Shown: positions 48,801 to 58,235 of the stretch, in pieces | Layout of the letters: each line of letters begins with the position of its first letter | How positions within the stretch are numbered: the stretch's first letter is position 1 | NCBI GenBank assembly: GCA_029548865.1 | Contig: JAKPMO010000015.1 | Location: 80,445 to 144,444 of the forward strand | DNA from: Caldisericota bacterium | Lineage (GTDB): Bacteria > Caldisericota > Caldisericia > JAAYUI01 | DNA: 64,000 nt | Direction of reading: 5' to 3' | Notes under the pieces: model-generated | What the model was told of the DNA's origin: nothing | The model's database searches: none | The model's input: only the letters and a program-made list of their open reading frames with translations | Translations under genes and position numbers: made by a program

Positions 48801-51800
48801 CAGACCTCTGAGATCACAATTGATTTTGATCCGCCACCAAAGAAAGAATATTATGATGACCAGGGCGTTTATCACCCAGAGGAAGTCATTTATGTATTCA
48901 TTCGTAACCTCGGACTTTCCATCCCGAATAACAATGCAACAATAAACGAAATTTACCGCGTAGTTTCAGGCCGTCAGGCACAGGCAAAGTTCCAGTTCAC
49001 ACCATATCGTGGTTCCTGCACCAATGGTGGAAACAACGACAAGCTCAACTACCTCGAAGATTCCAACGAATATCGTGTTAGAATCCGTTCTTTCAGGGAT
49101 CTTGGTGGAACAAACAATCCAGCCCCGCTTGACAGAGACTACAACGATCCATGGTTTGTGCAGAGAAATTCAACTAGCACAGATGCAAGATGGGGACGTC
49201 CATATAAACTAGCCTCTTATGGCGTAAGGGTTAGAAAACCAGAACTTACCCCACCAATGCCATACAATCTTGCAAATGGCTATGACTGCTATCAGGAAGC
49301 CAAGTATGATATTGCACCAGAAGAACTCGACATTGAGCCGTCAGTGGCCTGCTTGCAGACACTTGATCAGCGCTTCCCGAACTTCTCGGTGAAACTCCGT
49401 GATGATGACAACCCAGACGATGTAAATGATCCAAACGGAATCATGGTTTCAGTGCCACTTACTGGCGACACCAACGTTGACCCGATCTATGGTCGTGAGC
49501 AGTATCTCATCTCAACATACAATGCCCATGGCGGCGGTGTTGATTGGATCGGTACAGCAATTGATGACAACCCAGGCCAGGCACGCAGACAGTACATTGT
49601 CCAGGTCAACACAGACGGTTCATACCTCTACTGGTACTGGCTCGAGCCGGTTAACCCAGCAGGCAATGACAGATCAAGGCCACAGATTGAAGGAGCCCTT
49701 GATTCAAACGATATCCTTATTGGCCAGGACTTCACTGGAACATTTAACTGGCGTCCAAATGGTGGACCATACATCCCACCAGACCAGAGAACCTGCAGGA
49801 CACCAGTCATCATTAAAGACAAAGCAACATGGTATGATACTGATTGCTCTTCAGCCACAGTTGAAGGCAGGAAGTACTCAAATTGCCAGTCATGCAAGAT
49901 TGATGGCATGAAAGAAATGGGCGATGTCAACGGTCTCCATGTGATGTGGAACGCAGCACGCACCATGACCTCAACAGTTCCAGCAAGACTTTCGTCAGAC
50001 TACTACGGAAGATTTGATGGAGTTGGACCACTTAATTCAACAACAACAGTTGCAGCCTGGATAGCTGGTATCAACCCACCATGGCCAGGCAACCAGATGT
50101 ATCCAAACAGCCAGCTTTGGACAGGCCCATGGGCCACAGGTTATGGCGTGCAGACAGTGGTTACCTCTTATGGCCAGCGTGATGCAAATGATGCTGGTGG
50201 TGAGGCACTCGTCGCAATTCTTCCACGTGATGGATCAAGCCATCTCCTCCTCCAGATGTACACTGTAAACGCACTCTTTGACTACAACTCCTCGATACCA
50301 CATCCATCGACTGGTTCACCATACTTTGTCCTCGATCCAGTCAGGAACCAGGGCATCGATTATTGTGGAACAGTTGACATTAAGGTTTATCAGCCAGACC
50401 CATACGTGAACTTTGCAGAGTGGTCCATTGTTGATCATGGTCTCCAGTATTCCTCACTTAACTACACATCCGGCAATGATCCACTTTCAAGGCTTTCAAT
50501 ACCAACCCCACAGATCCAGACCCCGTACAACCCAGTGCTTAGGACTTCTAAGGGCGAGTTCAGATGTTATCCTGGTGGCCAGACCCACACCGGCCGCGTT
50601 CTTGGCGGTTCCTTCGGAGTAGGTGGAGCCTCAGGCTGGAACTCTTACCCAGCAGTCTGGAAAGAGAAATATTACAAGCTTGGAACTGAATTCTTCCCAC
50701 TCACTGACTATGGTGTGTTCTTCATCCTCAAAGACGGCGAAGGCAACCATCTCTCGTTCGATCCATGCTGGCCAGTTGACCAGAGGATCAAGAGAATCGA
50801 AGTTGTTGGACCATTTGCCCGTCCAAGGGAATGGGATGCAACAACCCACACGGTACTTCCAAAATACAAAGCATGGGGCCTCGAAAACGTTCCGATACAG
50901 TATGATTGGTCAGGAAAGATCGTAATCGACTCCACAAACTGGAAACAGTATGAGTACAGCGGTGTTGACCAGAACGGCAACGGCGTCACCCTTGACTTCA
51001 CAAGGAGATCAGGACTTGTTGGCGATGTCGTTCTTCCGCCAGAAAACGGCCAGCTCCAGTATTCAGGTAGACTCGACTACACAATGGTCGGTGCCTGCTC
51101 GCAACCAGGTGGAAAAGACAACCTCTTTGTAGTTGACGAACTCATCCCATGGAACTGGGGCAAGATCCTCATCTACGTCACCCTCTGGGATGGAACATTC
51201 AAGATGTATCAGGATTGCTGCGTTGCGCCGCCAGTTGACGGAATTGACGTAATAGCCCTTGATATCAAGAATGAAATTGCAGAGGACGTAGAGCGTAAAG
51301 TTGCATACCTCGACAAGCCACAGACCTTCAATGTCAAGCTCCTTGAGCACCACATTGGCGACAAGAAGCACGAAGGCGAATGGTTTGATGCTGAAGGCAA
51401 CGAGATAACATATTGCAATGACGCACTCGTTTATGTGTGGCAGGACAGGGGAACAAAGCATCGCGGAACCGCCAACCTGCTCTTCGGAGCTGGCGATGGC
51501 TGGGCAACCGGAACACCAACTTCCTCAAGGAAGACCAATCTTGCACCACAGTATGAAGACTTCAATGACATCACTGGCCCGAAGGGCGAGCCAGATGGAA
51601 AGATCCGTTTCAATGACTGGGAAACCGAAATTATCGGAACCTATGACATGGCCACCAATACATGGGCAGGCGGTCTCATTGATGGCAGAACCTTCCAGCG
51701 TAACAACGGACACTATCAGTTCAAGCTCGATTCAAGCACCGGTCTTGTTGATACAGTCGGTCTTGATTTCGGTGGCGAGATCATAAATGACAGGGCGGAC

Positions 51801-54800
51801 CACGTAATCGCAAAGAACGAGGTTCTTCCACTTTACATCACCGCCTACAAGTATGGCGATGATAACAACGACAGAGCATTCTCACCATTCTGGGACTACG
51901 ATGCACAGGCACAGCAGAATGCAAACCTGAGAAGGTACAGCCACGAAGTTTATCTTGCTGCCCAGATGGCAGTCCCGGTAGAACCGGATCTTGACCTCAC
52001 AGTTCTTACAACACCAGAGAAACTTACCGCTGGTGTCACACCAGAACTTGTTGATGTCCAGAAACCACTCACCTTCACAGTCACCAAGGGCTCCGAGCCA
52101 GTCAACCTCCTTGACGGAATAGCTGACGACTGGGGCAACAAGAAAGCCGAAGAAGAAGTAGTTTGGAACAACCTCATCCTTGACCCACATCCAGACAACA
52201 CCGACTTCTACGGATTTGATGCAACACTTCCACAGTATTACTGGATCAGAACTGACCTCCAGAACAATGATGGTTCAGCAGTCTGCAATACCCAGCTTTA
52301 CGGTCTCCGCAACACACCAGACACGCCACCAATCATTGCATTCAACCCAATCACCATTGACTTCTCACAGGCTACAAATGGCCGCTACATCTTCAGGGGC
52401 TTCTGCGCCAACGACAACAACCAGTACATGGAGAACTGGGACAAGGGCACCATGAATCCGAACAACTCAAGTGAGGATCTCTGGAAGAGCCAGCACCAGT
52501 TCTACGTAAGGGTTTACACACCAGACCGCAAGCACTCAGGTGAGGCATGGATCAATGTCTACTCACCAAATGTTGAGTACAAGGTCACAAACACTGAAGA
52601 CCCGAACAAGGTAGCCTATGATTCACCAGGCGATCCAGAGTTCATCATGACAGCAGCTGACAACAGAATCTACAAGGTTCAGGTCACCTGCCGCGATGCT
52701 CTCGGCGTCCTCATTAAGGGCGTCACAAAGGGCGTCTCCGTCTGCGGTGGCGGTGTCAAGAACACTGCAAGGTTTACACCATTCTCCACCAGGCCGAAAT
52801 CATTCGACTTCGCCCTCGAAGAGTGCATGAAACCACCATGCTGCACACAGATTGAGCTTCACATTGGTTATGACTTCACTCCAGACGAGAAGATCAGAAG
52901 AGATGATCACGAGCTCTTCCTCCTCTCAGGTTTCAACATGAACCGTTCAGCCAACACCTCATCCTGCTCAGGCTCAACAGCCTCCGCAAGCATGGGCTTC
53001 ATCAGATACAACACCACCAACAAGTGGTATTGGGGCGGACCGAACCCGAATACTTGGGATGTGACCAAGGAAGACGGCGACGAAGTTATCCCATGGGTTG
53101 CTTGGGACCTTCCACCACCAGTCGAAGGCTGGGGCGCTGGTGCCATCTATAACCACCAGTGGTATGGCGGATTCCTCTTCGCCGACATCGACCAGAATGG
53201 CGTCCTCAACTATCACGATGCACTTGGTCTTGATGTTAACGCTCAGACTGAGTTCTACATCTTCGCAGAAGACGTGGCTTACATCGGTGGTCTCATTGGC
53301 GACAACACATACTGCAACGTTCCAGCAAACGCTGACCTTGCAGGCTTCCCGCCATACAATGACAAGACCGATCCAAGATACACCCACAAGAGATTCCGCC
53401 AGGCTTACACCAACGACCAGGTGTTCTATCTTGACTGGGATGCACCGCCAGACAATGTTGCAACAATTGACAGCCCAAGGATCGAGCTCCTCTATGCCGA
53501 TACCAGGGACAAAGTATCAAGAGATTTCCTCAACCCGAACAACTATGATCTTATCTACGGCATCCAGAACCACCTTGTTGCAGTAGTCAGGCCAGCAGAT
53601 GACCGCGACGTTGCCATGAAGGAAGACTCAAGAGTCTATATGTCAGGCAACCAGCATGAAAAAGCAGTCTACGGACACACCAAGAGATCGGCAGAAGACG
53701 CAAAGGCAGTCGAGACGACAATCGAGTTCCTCCCGACCGGTCTTGGCGAGCACACCGCCGAAGTAACCTTCATGTCACCGAACAAGTGGTACCTCAAGGA
53801 TCCATATCAGTTCGTTGTTCCAGAATGGTATTCAATCAGGGGCGGCGGAATGAAGGACAGGAAGAACCGTCCAGCAGAAGAATGGAACCCATGGTATCTT
53901 GATGTAGGCAAGGGACTCGTACTCAGCCTCCAGACAGAGGGAGACCTCTATCCACAGGTGAAGGGTAAAGTTCTTGCCCAGGTCAAAGAAGCAGGAACCA
54001 ATGCACCAGTTGCTGGCGCAAAGGTCACTCTCTCCGGTGCAGGCGTCAATGTTGAAATGACCACCGATGCAAAGGGTGAGGCAACATTCGAAGTTAAGCC
54101 AACCGAGATGGGATTCATCAAGGGTGATGCCACAGCAAAGGACTTCCTCAGGGCAGCCTCTAACAAGGTGAAGGTGTCCAAGGATGCCACAGCCCCGGCA
54201 CTCACAGTTGACAATCCACAGACCCCAACCAACAAGAACAAGACTTCAATTACTGGAACTACAGAGCCAGGTTCAAAGATTTACGTCAATGGCAAAGAAG
54301 TCCAGGTTGGAGCAGACGGCAAGTACAAAGCTGATGTCGAACTCAAAGAAGGCCAGAACGTTATCAATGTTGTTGCCAAGGACGCAGCAGGCAATACAAC
54401 GTCGCAGGTAGTCACCATCGTCCTCGACACCACACCGCCAACAGTCATCCTTGACCCGATTAAGCCAGTTATCATGGAGAAGACTTATGAACTCACAGGC
54501 CGCGTTGAGCCAGGTTCAAAGGTCATCGTTAACGGCAAGGAAGCAACAGTTGTCAATGATTACTTCACAGTGATCGTTGACCTCAAGGACGCTTCTGCAG
54601 CAGCAACAAAGACCCCGGTCAATATTGAAGCAACCGACAAAGCTGGTAACAAGACAACACTTCCAGTCTTCGAGATCATCAATAAGAAGAGGAAAGTTGT
54701 TAAGCTCCAGGTTATGAGCCCAACAATGTATGTTGACGACAAGGAAGTCAATATCAATCCTGCACCATACATCAAAAATGGTGGAACTCTCGTTCCAGTC

Positions 54801-55082
54801 AGGGCCATATCCGAAGCTTTTGGCGCAGCAGTCAGCTATGATGGACCAACAAAGACTGTAACAATTACTCTTGGCCAGATCACAATCCAGATCCAGATCG
54901 GCAACAAGAAGGCAGTTGTGAACGGTCAGGAAGTTGATGTAAACCCACCAGCTGAAATTTCGGGTGGAAGCACAATGGTACCGTTCAGGTTCATTGCCCA
55001 GTCACTCGGTGTTCCATCTGATGGAATACTCTATGATTCTGCAACCAGGACCATCACCCTCATCAAGATCGAAGAACCGTGA
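45846..55082 (+). CDS. Giant secreted protein (about 3078 aa), paralog B of 31557..40574
   Basis: ATG at 45846 after the RBS AAAGGAGAC, with the same AATTGAAAGGAGA context as paralog A. Signal peptide MKKLLSIVIATIMVLGFVPFMGNLSTAANVSA. Identical or near-identical blocks shared with A. C-terminal Ig-like repeats plus a Cu_amine_oxidN1-type domain. Confidence 0.8.
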   Translation: MKKLLSIVIATIMVLGFVPFMGNLSTAANVSAADATNTPAIFIANRWQPVGTRWNGTTLVEDRNRYFNGVGTAWGRSEYKMPGPGAYIDIAVIDPARPLRINATPDEVAKREPTGVQLQQLTSQPLYWTEFYLTVIPDKGASQLYDHWYAVVDNMGQLWFDPDGRFNDSRYYAAADPETEAYRAITGGSGSDNCKNNPYMKVDSSVANNTQGPYIYMPTDIYGNFIMNGITRKEEYPLFNSTGLFFRTSQGRVFQVGFVDMPDFPLIRGGASPIQLQGVSRPNIEQIGTNLVDTTVGQTNVITDTTVLPYTTRPILDWDRDDVGNGITGLPLVRFLDGWEGAVINALPPAPIPYTNPPTITVGAYFQTDNDIFNYGEEWHSANVVIDPPDTTQFPSPAMDIYDPGEYIYRAGFNAHNLNSRYPAGYDYMLQQDIQWYQYYGTTRLTPVTMFFNGLFFNYAPGTIVRDRGPANGGQYGYYDAGDDVDLNDPATPTQQHTLYRFPVSMANFSGVPGQVAPINVTQYCQLHADNVNYNSNPRCASGDDIYDPYEGIYMKSETTANVVSGDYRMTNLNGNSYGLESWLGLGGGVASSLYPLIMKVGGMWSGDVLILSELVTGGCSAPKYNLSVQTDLWQGVIPSETVAALRSPNKEFDRTAQNIQKNAVLDPTGTKFEYPSTVFQDMKFGYREYVGVEVFRDDNKDCNWGYQYAGPVPPGENLFMLNLSDDYRQGHTGEMHIGMKDGYAAKDVGRMLTQFWPANADPLPPNGPATPNEIGPRFYDTTNPGGWGIENYYGVGESIYLDNNGNYEIDAGDLRMSDVTVQRGAMGFAEIVKYEKGSYVTAGDADIDLWGGANNDLSDFVPILTNGRVVYWPAFYDELIEDVLNPGHYLPPNGKYDINEVIYDCSYNGSSIVGPGFQRLMDVTLGGIVYKAGSIVPDPDLWVYQMPIYGLSMGYNCDYNYADMMALPGKTGMKVTIDKPLKVEQTSEITIDFDPPPKKEYYDDQGVYHPEEVIYVFIRNLGLSIPNNNATINEIYRVVSGRQAQAKFQFTPYRGSCTNGGNNDKLNYLEDSNEYRVRIRSFRDLGGTNNPAPLDRDYNDPWFVQRNSTSTDARWGRPYKLASYGVRVRKPELTPPMPYNLANGYDCYQEAKYDIAPEELDIEPSVACLQTLDQRFPNFSVKLRDDDNPDDVNDPNGIMVSVPLTGDTNVDPIYGREQYLISTYNAHGGGVDWIGTAIDDNPGQARRQYIVQVNTDGSYLYWYWLEPVNPAGNDRSRPQIEGALDSNDILIGQDFTGTFNWRPNGGPYIPPDQRTCRTPVIIKDKATWYDTDCSSATVEGRKYSNCQSCKIDGMKEMGDVNGLHVMWNAARTMTSTVPARLSSDYYGRFDGVGPLNSTTTVAAWIAGINPPWPGNQMYPNSQLWTGPWATGYGVQTVVTSYGQRDANDAGGEALVAILPRDGSSHLLLQMYTVNALFDYNSSIPHPSTGSPYFVLDPVRNQGIDYCGTVDIKVYQPDPYVNFAEWSIVDHGLQYSSLNYTSGNDPLSRLSIPTPQIQTPYNPVLRTSKGEFRCYPGGQTHTGRVLGGSFGVGGASGWNSYPAVWKEKYYKLGTEFFPLTDYGVFFILKDGEGNHLSFDPCWPVDQRIKRIEVVGPFARPREWDATTHTVLPKYKAWGLENVPIQYDWSGKIVIDSTNWKQYEYSGVDQNGNGVTLDFTRRSGLVGDVVLPPENGQLQYSGRLDYTMVGACSQPGGKDNLFVVDELIPWNWGKILIYVTLWDGTFKMYQDCCVAPPVDGIDVIALDIKNEIAEDVERKVAYLDKPQTFNVKLLEHHIGDKKHEGEWFDAEGNEITYCNDALVYVWQDRGTKHRGTANLLFGAGDGWATGTPTSSRKTNLAPQYEDFNDITGPKGEPDGKIRFNDWETEIIGTYDMATNTWAGGLIDGRTFQRNNGHYQFKLDSSTGLVDTVGLDFGGEIINDRADHVIAKNEVLPLYITAYKYGDDNNDRAFSPFWDYDAQAQQNANLRRYSHEVYLAAQMAVPVEPDLDLTVLTTPEKLTAGVTPELVDVQKPLTFTVTKGSEPVNLLDGIADDWGNKKAEEEVVWNNLILDPHPDNTDFYGFDATLPQYYWIRTDLQNNDGSAVCNTQLYGLRNTPDTPPIIAFNPITIDFSQATNGRYIFRGFCANDNNQYMENWDKGTMNPNNSSEDLWKSQHQFYVRVYTPDRKHSGEAWINVYSPNVEYKVTNTEDPNKVAYDSPGDPEFIMTAADNRIYKVQVTCRDALGVLIKGVTKGVSVCGGGVKNTARFTPFSTRPKSFDFALEECMKPPCCTQIELHIGYDFTPDEKIRRDDHELFLLSGFNMNRSANTSSCSGSTASASMGFIRYNTTNKWYWGGPNPNTWDVTKEDGDEVIPWVAWDLPPPVEGWGAGAIYNHQWYGGFLFADIDQNGVLNYHDALGLDVNAQTEFYIFAEDVAYIGGLIGDNTYCNVPANADLAGFPPYNDKTDPRYTHKRFRQAYTNDQVFYLDWDAPPDNVATIDSPRIELLYADTRDKVSRDFLNPNNYDLIYGIQNHLVAVVRPADDRDVAMKEDSRVYMSGNQHEKAVYGHTKRSAEDAKAVETTIEFLPTGLGEHTAEVTFMSPNKWYLKDPYQFVVPEWYSIRGGGMKDRKNRPAEEWNPWYLDVGKGLVLSLQTEGDLYPQVKGKVLAQVKEAGTNAPVAGAKVTLSGAGVNVEMTTDAKGEATFEVKPTEMGFIKGDATAKDFLRAASNKVKVSKDATAPALTVDNPQTPTNKNKTSITGTTEPGSKIYVNGKEVQVGADGKYKADVELKEGQNVINVVAKDAAGNTTSQVVTIVLDTTPPTVILDPIKPVIMEKTYELTGRVEPGSKVIVNGKEATVVNDYFTVIVDLKDASAAATKTPVNIEATDKAGNKTTLPVFEIINKKRKVVKLQVMSPTMYVDDKEVNINPAPYIKNGGTLVPVRAISEAFGAAVSYDGPTKTVTITLGQITIQIQIGNKKAVVNGQEVDVNPPAEISGGSTMVPFRFIAQSLGVPSDGILYDSATRTITLIKIEEP

Positions 55083-55123
55083 CCTTGATGATCATCGGTA
55101 AGTAGTAACAAGTAACACCAAAA

Positions 55124-55153
55124 AGCCCCCGCTTTATGGCGGGGGCTTTTTTA
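55124..55153 (+). terminator. Rho-independent terminator of giant gene B
   Basis: AGCCCCCGC-tttatg-GCGGGGGCT followed by T6. Confidence 0.7.
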
Positions 55154-55234
55154 TTTGCGATAACTGTGTTTATCGGGATTTCTCAGGTCATCCTTCATTG
55201 ACACTTAGGATTTGAGGGGTGTATAATCCAGTTT

Positions 55235-56443
55235 GTGAATAGGAAGAAACTGGAGAAGACAAAGAGATATCTTTATATTGCCGGCTCGATACTTTTGGCC
55301 ATTGTGCTTGCATTTACAATTTTTTATTTTATTGCCAGGCCTTCAGGACGACTTGACGTGGTTTTTTCAAAGGATGTTGATTACCACATACAGACAACAG
55401 ATATTGACCCAAGTGGTTCATATATATTCTTTGGGACTGCAGAGGGTAAGCTTGCAATACTTAATCAGTCAGGAGTGGAAATTGCCACCCTGGATGTTGG
55501 CCTACCTGTTCTCCAGCTTTACCTTTTCCCAACAAGGCAACAGGTTCTTGTTAGAACATCGTCTTTTTCAGTTTGTTACACATATGATGGGAAGCTTGTG
55601 TGGAAACACGAAATTGATGAGTATTATCCGGAAAAAATCCAGAAGCTGCCAAAAGACAAGCTTGGTCTTTATTTGAGATCAAAGAGGGGCGAAAAACCCA
55701 TAATGGCTATCCTTGATGCAAAAACAGGGAAAGAGATCAAGAATTTAAAGCTGGATATCGACAAGTTTGATTTCAATCCGGTTTTTATGCCGGACGGAAA
55801 TTCATTTATTTTTGAAGTTCAAACAGCGATGATTGCCCAGGTGCTTTTGCAGCCGCAAATGCCGATGGTTTGGAAGGCCAATCTGGACACCAGATCGGGC
55901 CAATTCTCCTCGCTTGAAATAAAAGTAACAAACTCGAACCTTGTGATCTGCTACTTCACAAAAGATGCCAATATCTCACAAGACAATCTTGCAGTGCATG
56001 ACCTGTTTGTGTTTGATGCAGACAGATTGCCAAAAAAATCTACACAAACCCAGGATTTACCGTTATTCTGGCAGGCCCAGGTAAATGGCGCAATAGAGGA
56101 CGTCCAGATTGATGGAAAAACGGACACAATTCTTGTCAGGGCTGGGACTGTTTATCTTTATGACAGAAACGGGGACAGCCTTGCAAAAGAACCTGAAGGG
56201 TCCAAATATTTTTATTCACTTATTGGGGACAAGAGGTATGTTTCAGCATTCTTCCTGGAAAATAGCTCCCCAGAAAATGCCTCCGTCCAATTTGTGGCAA
56301 GAGGCATTGGCAGAGAGGGTGTCTTGTGGAGATATACGGATACAAGGCAGTACCTTCTTCCTGCGATAACGCCAAGCTGTGATGCAATGGTAATTGCTGC
56401 ACTTAATCAAAAAAGGATAACCTATCTGAGGCTTTCTCAATGA
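55235..56443 (+). CDS. Membrane-anchored beta-propeller-like hypothetical protein
   Basis: GTG start. N-terminal TM helix (YLYIAGSILLAIVLAFTIFYFIA). Repeat-like beta-rich body. Confidence 0.45.
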   Translation: MNRKKLEKTKRYLYIAGSILLAIVLAFTIFYFIARPSGRLDVVFSKDVDYHIQTTDIDPSGSYIFFGTAEGKLAILNQSGVEIATLDVGLPVLQLYLFPTRQQVLVRTSSFSVCYTYDGKLVWKHEIDEYYPEKIQKLPKDKLGLYLRSKRGEKPIMAILDAKTGKEIKNLKLDIDKFDFNPVFMPDGNSFIFEVQTAMIAQVLLQPQMPMVWKANLDTRSGQFSSLEIKVTNSNLVICYFTKDANISQDNLAVHDLFVFDADRLPKKSTQTQDLPLFWQAQVNGAIEDVQIDGKTDTILVRAGTVYLYDRNGDSLAKEPEGSKYFYSLIGDKRYVSAFFLENSSPENASVQFVARGIGREGVLWRYTDTRQYLLPAITPSCDAMVIAALNQKRITYLRLSQ

Positions 56444-57036
56444 GAAAAGTAGTTGCTCTTTTGGTGGCGCTTTCTGCTTTTACGACGGGTGCTTCAATTG
56501 CTGCGCCACAAGAAGAAAAAACTATTCAAGTGGACAAAACATATCATGTTATTGTCCTCCAGGATGAGATGGGGAAACCTGTAAAAGTTTATCCAATTGG
56601 AACCGGAAGAGTGGACAAGCCAACAAAAGAAGGTCTGCTTAAGATAATTCGCAAAATTGTTGATCCATCATGGATGCCGTTGAACACGTGGGATTTCGAG
56701 GACGCTTATGGTAAAACATGGCCCTTCCCGCCGTACAGTGAAAACAGAAGAAATCCCCTTGGTTCCAGGTTTATGCATCTTTCATGGGAAGACTATGGCA
56801 TTCACGGAACAAAAGAGCCGCTTCTTATAGGCAGGAACGTGTCTTCAGGGTGCGTAAGGATGAACATAACCGATGTGGAAGAGCTTTTTGTGATGGTTCC
56901 TGTCGGAACATACGTAAATATCAAGCCAGTCGAGGATGTACCGGACAAGTTGAAAGAATCGTTCTCTTCAACTTGGGGAATATATGACATTTTGAACCTT
57001 GCCCAAAGGAAACGGGCACAGAAAGGGGAAAATTGA
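56440..57036 (+). CDS. L,D-transpeptidase (YkuD domain)
   Basis: Signal peptide. Catalytic motif HGT...SSGCVRM. ATGA overlap with the upstream gene. Confidence 0.8.
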   Translation: MRKVVALLVALSAFTTGASIAAPQEEKTIQVDKTYHVIVLQDEMGKPVKVYPIGTGRVDKPTKEGLLKIIRKIVDPSWMPLNTWDFEDAYGKTWPFPPYSENRRNPLGSRFMHLSWEDYGIHGTKEPLLIGRNVSSGCVRMNITDVEELFVMVPVGTYVNIKPVEDVPDKLKESFSSTWGIYDILNLAQRKRAQKGEN

Positions 57037-58230
57037 ATGGATTGGAATTTTGCATCTAGAACAAACAGAATGAAAGGTTCTGTCATCAGAGAGCTATTGG
57101 CTTTGACACAAAAGCCTGAAATTATCTCATTTGCGGGTGGTCTTCCAGATCCGACCATGTTCCCGGTTGAGCAATTCAATGAGTGCATGTCGCATGTCAT
57201 CAAGACAATCCCGAGCGTTGTTTTCCAGTATGGTGAAACACCAGGCTACAAACCGCTTCGTGAGATTGTTGTTGAGATGACGAAAAAAGAAGGTATAAAA
57301 GATTGCACAATAGACAATGTTTGCATTACAACAGCTTCCCAGCAGGGCATTGAGCTTGTCGGAAAAATCATGGTTGATGAAGGTGATGTTGTCATAGTCG
57401 AAGGACCAACTTACCTTGCCACATTGCAGGCATGGAGTGTTTATGGTGCGAAGTATGTTACTGTAGACCTCGATGATGAAGGCATGAAGGTTGATGAACT
57501 GGAAGAGAGGCTTGAAGCAATGAAAAAAGTTGGTGTCAGGCCGAAGATGATATACACAATCCCAACCTTCCAGAACCCGGCCGGCGTTACCATGACCCTT
57601 GCCAGAAGGAAAAAACTCCTTGAGTTGGCATACAAGTACAATGTTCCGATAATTGAGGATAATCCTTATGGTGATCTCAGATTCACAGGCACACCGACCC
57701 CATCGCTCTACTCACTCGACACAAAGGGAATGGTTGTATCGCTCAAGACCTTCTCCAAAATCCTTGCACCAGGACTCAGGCTTGGCTGGATCGTTGCAAA
57801 CAAAGATTTTATCGCAAAAATTTGCATGGCAAAACAGTCAGCAGACCTCAACTCGCCAGTTATAACCCAAGCTGCAGTTGTAGAATTTGCAAAGAGAGGC
57901 TATATAGACCAGCATGTTCCAAAAATCTGCGAAGCTTATGGCAAAAAGAGACAGGCGATGGAAGTGGCCATGAAGCAGTATCTCCCGCAGGGTGTAAAGT
58001 GGACAAATGCTGAGGGTGGAATGTTCATCTGGGTTACACTTTCAAATAATATCGATACAACAGCCCTTTTCCCGAAAGCCATCGAGCATAAGGTCGCCTA
58101 TATTGTGGGATCGGCCTTCTACCCATACGGTGGTGGAGAAAGCTCCATGAGGCTGAACTTCTCATTCCCGTCATTGCCGCAGATTGATGAGGGAATCAAG
58201 AGGCTCGGAGACTTGATAAAGTCAATTTAA
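57037..58230 (+). CDS. PLP-dependent aminotransferase, class I/II (ARO8/LysN/MocR-catalytic-domain-like)
   Basis: N-terminal RMKGSVIRELLALT...ISFAGGLPDP is typical of this family. Lys-containing SFSKILAPGLRLGW. Confidence 0.75.
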   Translation: MDWNFASRTNRMKGSVIRELLALTQKPEIISFAGGLPDPTMFPVEQFNECMSHVIKTIPSVVFQYGETPGYKPLREIVVEMTKKEGIKDCTIDNVCITTASQQGIELVGKIMVDEGDVVIVEGPTYLATLQAWSVYGAKYVTVDLDDEGMKVDELEERLEAMKKVGVRPKMIYTIPTFQNPAGVTMTLARRKKLLELAYKYNVPIIEDNPYGDLRFTGTPTPSLYSLDTKGMVVSLKTFSKILAPGLRLGWIVANKDFIAKICMAKQSADLNSPVITQAAVVEFAKRGYIDQHVPKICEAYGKKRQAMEVAMKQYLPQGVKWTNAEGGMFIWVTLSNNIDTTALFPKAIEHKVAYIVGSAFYPYGGGESSMRLNFSFPSLPQIDEGIKRLGDLIKSI

Positions 58231-58235
58231 TATAA

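Noticed and set aside
45767-54808. Antisense or alternate-frame ORFs inside giant gene B (for example 47031..47429 -, 51063..51461 -, 52974..53387 -, 53098..53586 +)
   Set aside because: Same reasoning as above: shadow ORFs of the 9.2-kb gene.
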